From a phage, in sequence record PX104380.1: 64,000 nt of DNA. One strand, 5' to 3'. Below, piece by piece: positions 11,567-21,130 of the stretch (position 1 is the first letter of the stretch; each line of letters begins with the position of its first letter). The notes below the pieces were generated by a model. The model was not told where the DNA came from, searched no databases, and saw only the letters and a list, made by a program, of their open reading frames with translations. Position numbers and translations under genes: made by a program.

Positions 11567-11770
11567 TTAATTCATATTACGCTTAATAACTTCAGCAACT
11601 TCTAGTAATTCATCTTTAGTTGCAGTGTCGGATTGAATTTTATCTCTAATATCTTTAAAGCGGTTTTTAAATTCTTCGGCTTCTCCCATATCGAAAAAGC
11701 GTTGAATGATTCTATATTCTCGATGAACTGCTTTATCAAAAAGTTCTAAATTTACTTTATATGATTTCAT
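11567..11770 (-). CDS. rIIA.1: Hypothetical protein rIIA.1-like (67 aa)
   Basis: small ORF between gene 39 and rIIA. Confidence 0.55.
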   Translation of the reverse strand: MKSYKVNLELFDKAVHREYRIIQRFFDMGEAEEFKNRFKDIRDKIQSDTATKDELLEVAEVIKRNMN

Positions 11771-11789
11771 TTCAATATCCTCATTTGCC

Positions 11790-11845
11790 CAATTAATTAT
11801 ACCACATCCTTGTGGTAAAGTAAACTACTGGCTCATCCATTCTTT
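11790..11845 (-). promoter_or_regulatory. Early promoter for rIIA.1/rIIA
   Basis: - strand GTTTAC (11820-11825), 18-bp spacer, TGGTATAAT (11796-11804); overlaps 3' end of gene 39. Confidence 0.55.
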
Positions 11846-13642
11846 ACGAAGGTCAGCATTATCTCCCATGAGCATTTCAAAAAGCTCATTCCAGTTCTCA
11901 GGAAGTTTAACAACATCATATACCGGATTTTGAATCATCTCACGATATTCAGATTTTTCCAAAGAGCCAAGTCCCTTAATATAACGGATGCTATGTTTAG
12001 GTAGAGCATCTTTAGCACTCTCATATTCAGCGACTGTATAAAACCATTCTTGTTTTTTACCGACCTGAGCGATGATTACAGGAGTTTTGACAAAGCGAAT
12101 TCTTCCTTGTTCAAACAGTTCTGGCCAATTACTAAAAAATCCGAGCAGAGAAGGATAAATGCTTCCTAGACCATCATGGTCAGCATCGGTCATAATAGCA
12201 ATATTATGATAATTCAAGTTTTCAGCTTTTTCACCAAGAACTAATCCAGTGATTGCGCAAATATCAAACAGTTCTTTGTTTTTAAGCATATCAGCATATG
12301 ACATACCCCAACTGTTGAGAACTTTACCGCGCAATGGATAGCCACCATGAAGTTCTTTATCACGAACATCGATTAAATAACCAATTGCAGAATCACCCTC
12401 AGTCAAGAAAAGAGTAGTGTCAGCATCTTTACCACAAAGATTCGCTTTGATATGTTTATGAACCTTAGCTTTAGAAGCCTTTTTAGCTGCTTTAGTTTCT
12501 GCTGCTTTTTCTGCCGCCAATTTACGAGCCAAGGCAGCTTCAATAATCGGCATTAAAATTGCTTCATTATTTAGAATAGCGCGTGAAATCTTTTTAGCAT
12601 CAAGTTGAATATGACTACGAATTTCGCCAAATGGAGAAGTCAAACGCTCTTTAGTTTGAGAATCAAATCGCATGTTTTTCATATCACGGACAAACATAAC
12701 GATAGTCAAACATTCTTTAACGCGTGCTTTAGTCACATCAATTTTGAACTTACGTTTGATTTGTGGAATAAGGTCTTCACAAATATCATCCATAACACAG
12801 TCAATGTGATGGCCACCATTCTTAGTGTGAATGTTATTCACATAAGTTAATTGACGAAAACCATCCGGTGAACGACCAACCGCAATAGAGCAATTTTCTT
12901 GTTCTTGAACGATAGCATGCTCATCATATTGGCGTGCATATTTCTTAAAATTGCCCTGAACCTTTTTACCATTAAAGGTAAATTGAATATCAGGATAAAC
13001 TACTGCAAGTGTCTGGAGACGATCTAGTGTAATGTCAAGATAAACTTGGGACAGCTCATTAGTTTCAAATGACATAAAATCAGGAATGAAAGTAACACGA
13101 GTTCCTTTCCATTTTCCAGGAATAGTTTCCCATGATTTATTTTCCATGCCATTTGAACAACGAACTACAATATTATTTTGACCATCACCAGTTTCACCGA
13201 CAAACATCACAGAAAAAATGTTTGTCAAACTAGAACCAACACCATTCATACCGCCAGTGACGCGTTCTTTATCATCACCGAAGTTACCACCTGCTTTTGG
13301 AATAGTCCAGGCAGCAACAGGACCAGGAATTTCTTCACCGGTAGGTGTTTTGACCATCGCTTGTGGAATACCGCGACCGTTATCTTCAACTGTTACCTGA
13401 TTATTTTTAATGGTAACATTAATTTTATTCGCGAATTTAAACTTAGTACGAATACCTTCATCTACTGAGTTATCGATAATTTCATCAATAAGCTTAACAA
13501 GACCAGGTACATACTGAACACTTTCCCATTTACCAAACAGAAAGCGCTCATGCATTTCATTAGCAGAAGAGCCAATATACATGCCGCTACGCTTTTTGAT
13601 ATGTTCAATATCGCTCAGAATTTTAATTTCATTCTTAATCAT
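11825..13642 (-). CDS. 39: DNA topoisomerase II large subunit gp39 (GyrB-like), uninterrupted
   Basis: 605 aa single ORF with ATPase N-terminus and TOPRIM motifs (TEGDSA, DADHDG); no gene 60 split. Confidence 0.93.
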   Translation of the reverse strand: MIKNEIKILSDIEHIKKRSGMYIGSSANEMHERFLFGKWESVQYVPGLVKLIDEIIDNSVDEGIRTKFKFANKINVTIKNNQVTVEDNGRGIPQAMVKTPTGEEIPGPVAAWTIPKAGGNFGDDKERVTGGMNGVGSSLTNIFSVMFVGETGDGQNNIVVRCSNGMENKSWETIPGKWKGTRVTFIPDFMSFETNELSQVYLDITLDRLQTLAVVYPDIQFTFNGKKVQGNFKKYARQYDEHAIVQEQENCSIAVGRSPDGFRQLTYVNNIHTKNGGHHIDCVMDDICEDLIPQIKRKFKIDVTKARVKECLTIVMFVRDMKNMRFDSQTKERLTSPFGEIRSHIQLDAKKISRAILNNEAILMPIIEAALARKLAAEKAAETKAAKKASKAKVHKHIKANLCGKDADTTLFLTEGDSAIGYLIDVRDKELHGGYPLRGKVLNSWGMSYADMLKNKELFDICAITGLVLGEKAENLNYHNIAIMTDADHDGLGSIYPSLLGFFSNWPELFEQGRIRFVKTPVIIAQVGKKQEWFYTVAEYESAKDALPKHSIRYIKGLGSLEKSEYREMIQNPVYDVVKLPENWNELFEMLMGDNADLRKEWMSQ

Positions 13643-13694
13643 TACTTATCCTCGTTTGGTTTCGGGAATATTATACTCCAATAATCATAAAGCT

Positions 13695-13712
13695 AAAGGC
13701 CCGAAGGCCTTT
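13695..13712 (-). other. UUCG hairpin in gene 39 5' region
   Basis: - strand AAAGGCC-TTCG-GGCCTTT; followed by AGCTTTA and TATAAT-like elements. Confidence 0.5.
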
Positions 13713-13972
13713 TATTTAAAACGAATAGTTGAATCCTTAAAGAACAGCCCAGAACATACTGTTCCTTCTACTTTCTGCCCGGTAGGTCCAATAGCACGAA
13801 ATCCAGTATGCTGGAAATCATTTTCAGAGCAACCGAACCAATTATATCCAGTGATTTCAATATTAGTAAAACCACTTGAAGACAAAACTTTGGTTGCATT
13901 ATCAGCATCAGTACATCCTACTAAAGATACTGCTAATACTAATGCCGCGATAGAACGATTAACATATTTCAT
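13712..13972 (-). CDS. Putative lipoprotein (86 aa)
   Basis: signal peptide with lipobox LVGC (MKYVNRSIAALVLAVSLVGCTD). Confidence 0.6.
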   Translation of the reverse strand: MKYVNRSIAALVLAVSLVGCTDADNATKVLSSSGFTNIEITGYNWFGCSENDFQHTGFRAIGPTGQKVEGTVCSGLFFKDSTIRFK

Positions 13973-13976
13973 AATT

Positions 13977-14348
13977 TCACTTAAATTTAATGGCTTGAAG
14001 GAGACTAATAATTCTTAAACGGCTTCTTTCATCTTTAACTGTAAAGGAAAGAGGGTCACCAGATTTCATAGTGATAGTGCATCCAAAATCAAAATTTTCG
14101 GAAACTTCTTCGAAGAAGTCAAATTCTTCAGCATAAATTAGAACATTACTCTGCATACTGTGAAGAATTTTTCCATCATTTCCAGATGCTGTACTAATCA
14201 TCGTAACATTATGACCTTTCATATCTTCAACGATAAATTCGCTTGTAGATATTACAGCATTAATAGAACCATTCCTATAAATAGCAGACATTAGATATTT
14301 CTTTTCTTCACCTTCGCGAACACGATATTTCTTACCGATTTTAAACAT
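13977..14348 (-). CDS. Hypothetical protein
   Basis: ORF; ATG at 14348 preferred over GTG 14354 of the track. Confidence 0.5.
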   Translation of the reverse strand: MFKIGKKYRVREGEEKKYLMSAIYRNGSINAVISTSEFIVEDMKGHNVTMISTASGNDGKILHSMQSNVLIYAEEFDFFEEVSENFDFGCTITMKSGDPLSFTVKDERSRLRIISLLQAIKFK

Positions 14349-14350
14349 AA

Positions 14351-14527
14351 TCACCCTTTAAGTAAATCGTAAAAACCACCATTCACATGCTTAGGAGCAG
14401 AAGGCCGACGAGTAGACAAACGATGACATTTAGGGCAAACATCATTTTCTCGTTCAGAAATCTTTTTAATTTTTTCATATTCATGCCCGCAGTCTTCAGA
14501 TTGGCATTTATAATCATACATTGGCAT
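14351..14527 (-). CDS. FmdB-like zinc-ribbon protein (58 aa), not in ORF track
   Basis: own translation MPMYDYKCQSEDCGHEYEKIKKISERENDVCPKCHRLSTRRPSAPKHVNGGFYDLLKG; CxxxxC...CxxC; AAGGA SD before ATG. Confidence 0.5.
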   Translation of the reverse strand: MPMYDYKCQSEDCGHEYEKIKKISERENDVCPKCHRLSTRRPSAPKHVNGGFYDLLKG

Positions 14528-14529
14528 AA

Positions 14530-14934
14530 TTATTCCTTAAAGTGTGCTTTCAACATCTGATACAAGGACCATGCTTGTTCATTATTTTCAATAGTAACTT
14601 TCATTACCGGGAATTCTGAGAAATCTTCTATCTGTTCTTGCTCTTCAGAAGCTTGGTATGGATTTTCAACTTCATCAAAGAACCCAGCTTCGTTAGTAGA
14701 GAGCCAGATAAAGTTTTCGTCAAGGATATCACCGCCGGCACAACGTTTGAGTACACCTGTGGATGTCATAATTTTAGTAGGACGCCCAAGATAATCAGCA
14801 TCTAAAATTTTAAAAGGCTCCATACCTAAACGTCGTGCATAGATTCCGTTATCAGTATGGTCTTTAATAAAATTTTCTTGAGCTTGTTTATTTTTAAATT
14901 GATACCATTTATTAACTTCAAATTTAATAGCCAT
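14530..14934 (-). CDS. Hypothetical protein (134 aa)
   Basis: ORF, stop/start overlap with the next gene. Confidence 0.55.
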   Translation of the reverse strand: MAIKFEVNKWYQFKNKQAQENFIKDHTDNGIYARRLGMEPFKILDADYLGRPTKIMTSTGVLKRCAGGDILDENFIWLSTNEAGFFDEVENPYQASEEQEQIEDFSEFPVMKVTIENNEQAWSLYQMLKAHFKE

Positions 14935-15149
14935 TAATAAATTTCCTTCCAGTAAGTTGTGCCGTCTTCAGTAATTTCACGGAATACACCATAAATCGGT
15001 TGTTTATCACCGACTTTCTCATACACATAAACCGAAGTCAAGTGAGTAAACTTAACGGTATGTTCCTTTTGAACCACTACCAAATCTGGATCGAATAATA
15101 CATCTTCAAATTCGTCATTAGTACAGTTCTGAACAATTTTACGTTTCAT
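14934..15149 (-). CDS. Hypothetical protein (71 aa)
   Basis: ORF. Confidence 0.5.
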   Translation of the reverse strand: MKRKIVQNCTNDEFEDVLFDPDLVVVQKEHTVKFTHLTSVYVYEKVGDKQPIYGVFREITEDGTTYWKEIY

Positions 15150-15162
15150 TACAATTTCCTCA

Positions 15163-15432
15163 TTAATTGAACAGCGGAGCGATACGTTTCAGAAGAGTAG
15201 CAGCACCTTTAGCGAATTTTACATCATGAAAAACAGTTTCTTCTTCTGTAACAACTCGAACTTTAATATTTTCACAATCCCAATTTTTACGAACAATCTT
15301 CAAAAGCTGCAGTAAATCTTTACATTCAGCAATATCGATAACACATCCACGAGAATCTTCCATTATCGCACGATAACCGTAAGCCATACCATAATCGTTG
15401 AAAGATTGCTCGATGATAATTAAGTTTTCCAT
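15163..15432 (-). CDS. Hypothetical protein (89 aa)
   Basis: ATG 15432 behind GGAGAATAAA leader; track start is a TTG extension. Confidence 0.5.
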   Translation of the reverse strand: MENLIIIEQSFNDYGMAYGYRAIMEDSRGCVIDIAECKDLLQLLKIVRKNWDCENIKVRVVTEEETVFHDVKFAKGAATLLKRIAPLFN

Positions 15433-15469
15433 TTTATTCTCCAAGTTGTTTTCTGTATCAGTAGTTGAT

Positions 15470-15530
15470 ATTGATATAGTACCATAATCAACTACTGATG
15501 TATATAGTTTTATGAAAAAATTTTAAACTT
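15470..15530 (-). promoter_or_regulatory. Early-promoter-like module (degenerate -35)
   Basis: TGGTACTAT -10 (15476-15484) but -35 is TATACA; flanked by inverted repeat ATCAGTAGTTGAT/ATCAACTACTGAT. Confidence 0.4.
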
Positions 15531-16027
15531 TATGCATAGCGAGCTTTGCTGTAGTGTTTAATCCAACTTTCAGGAATGACTTTGTATGTTCCCAAAAATA
15601 CCACGTTGTACAACTTAACACCATCTTCTACCCACTGATCGGTAATGTATGCACACATAGCACGAGTATGATGTTTTTGAACAACCCCTTCCTCATCTTC
15701 AGTAAATTCGAATTCATAAGGAGCAACGAACTTAATAGCTTGACCGAGTTTCCACTTAAAGTCTACACCTACATGTGAAGTATCAATCGTTTCAATTCCT
15801 TTAGCAGGAACAGCTTTCAAAAACGCAGACTCAAGAAATTTCGCACGAACATAGCCAAACTGAGGTTTAGACTTTCCATCTTTAGGAATGATACGCACTT
15901 TTACTTCAGAATCTTCATCTTTAACACCATGTTTAAGCTGAATGCTTACAATTTCGACCAATTTTCCTGCTGCTTTAGAACGGGATTTATCAGATACACG
16001 AGCAATTTCACCAATATTAATAATCAT
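15530..16027 (-). CDS. Hypothetical protein, paralog A (165 aa)
   Basis: C-terminal motif CAYITDQWVEDGVKLYNVVFLGTYKVIPES shared with the next ORF. Confidence 0.55.
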   Translation of the reverse strand: MIINIGEIARVSDKSRSKAAGKLVEIVSIQLKHGVKDEDSEVKVRIIPKDGKSKPQFGYVRAKFLESAFLKAVPAKGIETIDTSHVGVDFKWKLGQAIKFVAPYEFEFTEDEEGVVQKHHTRAMCAYITDQWVEDGVKLYNVVFLGTYKVIPESWIKHYSKARYA

Positions 16028-16103
16028 AGTTATCTCTCACTTGTTAAAAAGATTTTATACTCCACGGGACCAGAGTATAATGGTCCCAAGAGTTTGTAAA
16101 CTA

Positions 16104-16649
16104 TTAATTTAAAATAGCTACCACCGCACTACGAGGTACTACACTAAAATCACCTGCATGAACAACGTTCAGAAGTTCAACACCATCTTCAATCCACTGG
16201 TCTGTTACCCAACCACAGATAGGATTATCAAAAGGACGACGGATAGACACAGCAGCACACAACAGGTCTGTAGGGTCTTGTTCTTCAACTTCTTGGAACA
16301 GGATGAACTCATCTTCATAAACCAGGTTTTTCTTTATTTTGTTATTATCTAACCGGCGACCGTGGATGACGTAAGATTTGTCAAACCACTCACTTTTGGC
16401 AAATTCTTCAACAATAAATTCGCCTTCGCCAAAAACATCAGTCAGAGTTTTATGACCAGAAATCAAGGCATTAGTTTTAATTTTAGGTTCAACCAGTTTG
16501 TAGGTTTTGCCGATTTCAATAGCGATAGTCATAGTAGGTTCCTTAATTTCCAGTGGTTTAACAGGGCATACATAAGTGCTTACAACATCAAAATCAATCA
16601 GTTTAGCTACCGGATTTGGTATGTATTCAGGATTATAATTAAATTTCAT
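16104..16649 (-). CDS. Hypothetical protein, paralog B (181 aa)
   Basis: C-terminal motif CGWVTDQWIEDGVELLNVVHAGDFSVVPRS. Confidence 0.55.
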   Translation of the reverse strand: MKFNYNPEYIPNPVAKLIDFDVVSTYVCPVKPLEIKEPTMTIAIEIGKTYKLVEPKIKTNALISGHKTLTDVFGEGEFIVEEFAKSEWFDKSYVIHGRRLDNNKIKKNLVYEDEFILFQEVEEQDPTDLLCAAVSIRRPFDNPICGWVTDQWIEDGVELLNVVHAGDFSVVPRSAVVAILN

Positions 16650-16651
16650 AA

Positions 16652-17152
16652 TTATCTCATTTCAATAAAATCTACGAGTTCAGCATGCGATTTGCGGAAC
16701 ATTACTTGGTGCCCACCAATGATAACTTCATCTTCAGGAACTTCGTATACAGCGAGATAAAATCCTTTAGAAGATAATTCTTCCCGCTCTTCTCGTGTGA
16801 ACCATCTCATCATATCATACTCACTAGCGAAAGCAAAATGATAAAGAGCTATAAACCATCCTGGAATATGATATTCTACTCCAACATAATCTTTCTTGAA
16901 CTTAGTATTAATTACTATATTAGCGTTTTTAACTAATAGTTTATCTTCGTGTGGTAAAGGAATTCTTTTATTATTATCGCTATGATGCATAAAATTAGGT
17001 CTGTCATAACCTACGTGTAATAGCCACTCTTCGCTCCATGAATCTATTATACTCCTGTACGGAGTTATTTGAACACAAAGATTTCGACGTATTGTTATAG
17101 CATCTTCATAATCAAGAATACTAAACGATGATTCAACACGATAAATTTTCAT
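16652..17152 (-). CDS. Hypothetical protein (166 aa)
   Basis: ORF behind GAGG SD, downstream of an early promoter. Confidence 0.55.
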   Translation of the reverse strand: MKIYRVESSFSILDYEDAITIRRNLCVQITPYRSIIDSWSEEWLLHVGYDRPNFMHHSDNNKRIPLPHEDKLLVKNANIVINTKFKKDYVGVEYHIPGWFIALYHFAFASEYDMMRWFTREEREELSSKGFYLAVYEVPEDEVIIGGHQVMFRKSHAELVDFIEMR

Positions 17153-17174
17153 TTTATTATCCTCAGTAGCTATG

Positions 17175-17230
17175 GTGTTATAATACCATAACTAACCGAG
17201 GAAGTAAACAACTTTTTATCGTTTTGTTGG
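17175..17230 (-). promoter_or_regulatory. Early promoter
   Basis: GTTTAC (17204-17209), 18-bp spacer, TGGTATTAT (17180-17188). Confidence 0.55.
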
Positions 17231-17899
17231 AAGAGATAGAGGATCACACTCTTCCTCTGACGGAGCATCTTCAAGACCCATAGCATATCGCAAAGCATAC
17301 TTCATCATCAGGATGTCTTTCGCACAGTCATGAATAGAATCATGCGCAACGAATCCATTTAAGGTTCCCTTCGGAAGAGGACACGTGGTCATATCACGAA
17401 CAAGGAGAAGTGCTTCAATTCTAGTACGAATATCACGCTGATTCCAAAATTTACAAGGTTCTAACTTAAATGTATCAAGCTCATTCTCGGAAACGCCGTT
17501 AAGACGTTGAATATCGCGAATGAGATCGACTAAAATTGGAAAATCAAACGACATTCCACGGCACCAGCCTTGAGATTTCCAAGGATCGATATTATGTGCA
17601 TTGATGTAATCATTGAATTTTGCAATACCATCAATGGTGCTTACATCTTCATCTGATGGTGCAATATTTTTTCTAGCTTCAGGCGATTGATTTTTCCACC
17701 ATTCAATAGTGCTTTTAGTAAAAAGACGGTGTCCTTTTTGACTTTTTAAGTCAAATTTAATTTTAATGCCACGTGAAACTAGTTCATCGAATGTTTCAAC
17801 AACTTCCGGGTTAGGGTCAAAGGCAATAACAGCCAAATCAATAACAGCTGCCTTTTCACCGCTTCCCATTGTTTCAAAATCTATAATAAAATCAAACAT
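17216..17899 (-). CDS. dexA: Exonuclease A DexA (DEDD 3'-5' exonuclease)
   Basis: 227 aa; N-terminal DFETMG exo motif; T4 DexA length. Confidence 0.88.
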   Translation of the reverse strand: MFDFIIDFETMGSGEKAAVIDLAVIAFDPNPEVVETFDELVSRGIKIKFDLKSQKGHRLFTKSTIEWWKNQSPEARKNIAPSDEDVSTIDGIAKFNDYINAHNIDPWKSQGWCRGMSFDFPILVDLIRDIQRLNGVSENELDTFKLEPCKFWNQRDIRTRIEALLLVRDMTTCPLPKGTLNGFVAHDSIHDCAKDILMMKYALRYAMGLEDAPSEEECDPLSLPTKR

Positions 17900-18141
17900 T
17901 AAACTTTCCTCGCTAAATCGCGAATTTGACCTACAGTATAATCTTGAATATAAACTTTATTAATAGGCTCATCCATAAATTTTGCCATAGATTCAATATC
18001 TTTTTGCATCTCTTCAAGACTGTATACTATCTTTGAAGCTTTTTCACGAATAGTTACATTTTCAGGTCCTGGATTTTCTTCAATGACAGCTTTAACATTT
18101 GCCATAAGAGATTTAAACTGATACCAACTTAATTCAATCAT
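17899..18141 (-). CDS. Hypothetical protein (dexA.1 position)
   Basis: ORF; start adjusted to internal ATG. Confidence 0.4.
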   Translation of the reverse strand: MIELSWYQFKSLMANVKAVIEENPGPENVTIREKASKIVYSLEEMQKDIESMAKFMDEPINKVYIQDYTVGQIRDLARKV

Positions 18142-18394
18142 TAATAACCGCCTTATAAAGATGGTTAATTTCACCCAAAACATAATCACTTATTGTAACA
18201 GTTTTTACTTCACCACAAAAGAATTCTAACGCAATTAAATCTCGTTCAATTTCTTCTAATTGAAGCATTAACTTGCCAGATTCAATTTTTACATTTCTAC
18301 GATTTTTACTATAAGCTATTTCATAAATTTCGCTCACTTTATCTTGAAGAAGATAAAACTGGTCTTTAGTTATTTCCACGAATAGCTTCCTCAA
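18134..18394 (-). CDS. Hypothetical protein (86 aa)
   Basis: ORF. Confidence 0.45.
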   Translation of the reverse strand: MRKLFVEITKDQFYLLQDKVSEIYEIAYSKNRRNVKIESGKLMLQLEEIERDLIALEFFCGEVKTVTISDYVLGEINHLYKAVIND

Positions 18395-18626
18395 ATTTAA
18401 TTAGTAATTTACAGACACTTTCATCTAGTGTAATTACCGTATCTGTATTACTGTGATATGATTGTTTTTCAATTCGTTTAATTGCTAATATAGTATCACT
18501 TATAAGATAAAGCTTATGAAGGAGCTCAGCTCCTGTTACCATAACATCGAGATTATCTTGCTTATTAGTATGCTTCCTTATACCATCTATTAGACGATTT
18601 AAATATTTTGAATTGATGTTAATCAT
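18366..18626 (-). CDS. Hypothetical protein (86 aa)
   Basis: ORF directly downstream of dda. Confidence 0.45.
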   Translation of the reverse strand: MININSKYLNRLIDGIRKHTNKQDNLDVMVTGAELLHKLYLISDTILAIKRIEKQSYHSNTDTVITLDESVCKLLIKFEEAIRGNN

Positions 18627-18632
18627 ATAGCC

Positions 18633-19952
18633 TCACACATAAAATACATCATAACGACCACGAGTTACACCAACATAAAGAAGTTGTTGGGCCAATTCAG
18701 CATCTGCATAATGAATACAAGGCGTATAAATGAAAGCACGGTCTACAGACATACCCTGAGCTTTATGGAATGTTGATGCAGGAAGTGCTTTCACTTTACT
18801 AAACTGTGATTTAGCATCCCAAAAATCACTCCATGGAGCTTTTCCGCCTTTGTTCCAATTTTTATAAGTTTCTGCCGTTTTACCTAAAAATAGGTTAAAC
18901 TTATACAATTCTTCATCAGATGAAATTATTTTAATCTTTTCACGATAATATTCATCATCGCCGTAAGTTTCTACTGTTAAATCCCAATGACGAATTAAGT
19001 ATTCTCCAGGAACACCACGAGCTTTAACAAACGTCGATGTATACTCTGCTTCTATAATACGAACTAATTGTCCGTTATTAAAAATAATTTCTGACACAGG
19101 CTTTCCATCAATTTTATATGTTTTAATTAATGGTTCCTGCATTACAATAATTTCACCAACAATAAAATCTTTATCAGTTTCAAAAATCTTTTTACGAATA
19201 ATGCTATTTAACTTGTCAACAGATTTATTCGTAAATGCCATTACGCGATTTTCAAACAAATCATCTAAAGATTTGACGATTGAAAAATAATTTACCATAA
19301 AATCGCGTAAAGCGGTATCACCAGTAAATCCACGTACTCCATGCCCGTCAACAACTTTATCATAAATCCACTTACCGTTACGAACATCAGTAGCTACATC
19401 AATAATAGGAGCATTACTGCGTTTAACTTCAGTAAGTTCACACTGATAAAAATCTTTGTGTGTAAAGAATGGACTGATATAAGCAGTATTTTCTCCTGGG
19501 TCAACAGGTCTAATTTGCTTATTATCGCCTATTCCAATTATAGTACACCACGGTGGGATAGTTGAAAGCAAAATTTTGAAGAGCTTTCTATCATACATTG
19601 ACACTTCGTCGCAGATTAATACCCTGCATTTAGCTAAATCTGGTACTTCTTTTTGTTCAAAAAGAACGTTTTCTTCATACGTAACTGGGTTAATTTTAAG
19701 AATACTGTGAATAGTACTCGCTTCTTTCCCCGACAGTTTTGAAAGAATCTTTTTAGCTGCATGAGTAGGAGCTGCTAAAATAATACCAGTTTCACCCGTA
19801 GATATTAAAGCTTCAATGATGAACTTAGTAAGAGTAGTCTTACCAGTACCAGCAGGTCCATTAATAGTTACATGATGTTTCTTTTCTTTAATAGCCCTCA
19901 TAACGATGTTAAAGGCATTTTTCTGGCCTTCTGTCAAATCATCAAATGTCAT
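18633..19952 (-). CDS. dda: DNA helicase Dda (SF1B)
   Basis: 439 aa; Walker A GPAGTGKTT; N-terminus MTFDDLTEGQKNAFNIV as T4 Dda. Confidence 0.95.
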   Translation of the reverse strand: MTFDDLTEGQKNAFNIVMRAIKEKKHHVTINGPAGTGKTTLTKFIIEALISTGETGIILAAPTHAAKKILSKLSGKEASTIHSILKINPVTYEENVLFEQKEVPDLAKCRVLICDEVSMYDRKLFKILLSTIPPWCTIIGIGDNKQIRPVDPGENTAYISPFFTHKDFYQCELTEVKRSNAPIIDVATDVRNGKWIYDKVVDGHGVRGFTGDTALRDFMVNYFSIVKSLDDLFENRVMAFTNKSVDKLNSIIRKKIFETDKDFIVGEIIVMQEPLIKTYKIDGKPVSEIIFNNGQLVRIIEAEYTSTFVKARGVPGEYLIRHWDLTVETYGDDEYYREKIKIISSDEELYKFNLFLGKTAETYKNWNKGGKAPWSDFWDAKSQFSKVKALPASTFHKAQGMSVDRAFIYTPCIHYADAELAQQLLYVGVTRGRYDVFYV

Positions 19953-20260
19953 CGGAAAGCCCCTGCAATTGGAATACTAACAATACGCCCAGTATCTAGA
20001 ATTCGTTGATATAATCTTTGTGTATCTACATCAGGCTTAACATGTTTAACTTCTATTTTATTAAACCAAAACTTGCGTGGAGTCTCAACTAATCTTGGAA
20101 TTCCCTTACCTAAAGCTAGTTGATACTGCTCTTTAAGAGTGGTAAATACTTTATCAGCAATCTCTCTTTCAAAAAATACAGCAGGACGATGTTCATCAAG
20201 TGGAACTGGCGCCGTAAATCCGTCTTTGTCTCGGTAAACTATCGCATATACATAAACCAT
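19949..20260 (-). CDS. Hypothetical protein dda.1-like (103 aa)
   Basis: ORF overlapping dda start. Confidence 0.5.
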   Translation of the reverse strand: MVYVYAIVYRDKDGFTAPVPLDEHRPAVFFEREIADKVFTTLKEQYQLALGKGIPRLVETPRKFWFNKIEVKHVKPDVDTQRLYQRILDTGRIVSIPIAGAFR

Positions 20261-20261
20261 A

Positions 20262-21008
20262 TTATCCTCGGATAAGTTTAAAAATTGAACAATTTAGCGG
20301 GTATCCTCTTTTCAGTTTAAGTTTATCAATAAAAGACAAGTTTTGATACCGCTCTACACCTTGAATAATTTTATCACACATATCATATTGCATTTCTGCT
20401 TCTGACAACTTTTTCACAGTTTTCCAATCCGAGCCTTTAAGAAGAACGTTCAATTTAACAACTTCAGCGCCTTCTGCTATGCGAGAACCATCAATACGAG
20501 CTTTAAGTGCTATAATCGTTAGCTTAACGTCAGAAGTTTGTTTTGATTTAGAAAGCTGAGAAATGTGTTCAATTCGGTTTTCACGTTTTTTCTGTATAGC
20601 TTTAATTTGATTATAAGTCTTTTTGATTTTAGCCCATTTCTTTTCATCTAAATTTAGTTTATGAACTTTTTTCGCAGATGAACGACCAATTCGCAAAGCA
20701 AATAAATCACGTTTTTCAATTAACTCCTCTAAAGTATAATCAGAACGAAATGTATTATACTTTTTCTTTACTGCAATAACATTCCCTTTAATGTATCCAA
20801 TGTTATTATCAAAACGTTCTAATGATAATTTCTCTCCTTCAATACGATTATCAAAAGGTTCTCCTGAATAGGCACAAACTTTTTGATCTAAAATGTTCTT
20901 AATGTAATTGAAGTCTAAGTTAAAATCTTTAGAACGTCTTTTTGCAGATGCCTGAGTATGCTCTAAACGACGTTTAATTTTACGAATTTGATTATTAGAC
21001 AGTTTCAT
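20262..21008 (-). CDS. srd: Srd-like protein (by position between dda and modA)
   Basis: 248-aa basic protein; T4 srd occupies this slot; identity not verified. Confidence 0.45.
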   Translation of the reverse strand: MKLSNNQIRKIKRRLEHTQASAKRRSKDFNLDFNYIKNILDQKVCAYSGEPFDNRIEGEKLSLERFDNNIGYIKGNVIAVKKKYNTFRSDYTLEELIEKRDLFALRIGRSSAKKVHKLNLDEKKWAKIKKTYNQIKAIQKKRENRIEHISQLSKSKQTSDVKLTIIALKARIDGSRIAEGAEVVKLNVLLKGSDWKTVKKLSEAEMQYDMCDKIIQGVERYQNLSFIDKLKLKRGYPLNCSIFKLIRG

Positions 21009-21130
21009 ATTTTTCTCACATCTTACGGACGATTGACTACTATACTATAACATTTTTACCTTAGCTTGTAAACAACTTTATGTAAAAATGCTTTAAAAAT
21101 TTCATGGTATAATGAATCTAAGTCCTTCCA

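Noticed and set aside
16064-16087. Hairpin GGGACC-N10-GGTCCC containing TATAAT, considered as a promoter
   Set aside because: Spacing to the nearest GTTTAC is about 14 bp on the - strand and no T-run follows; kept only as a possible stem-loop
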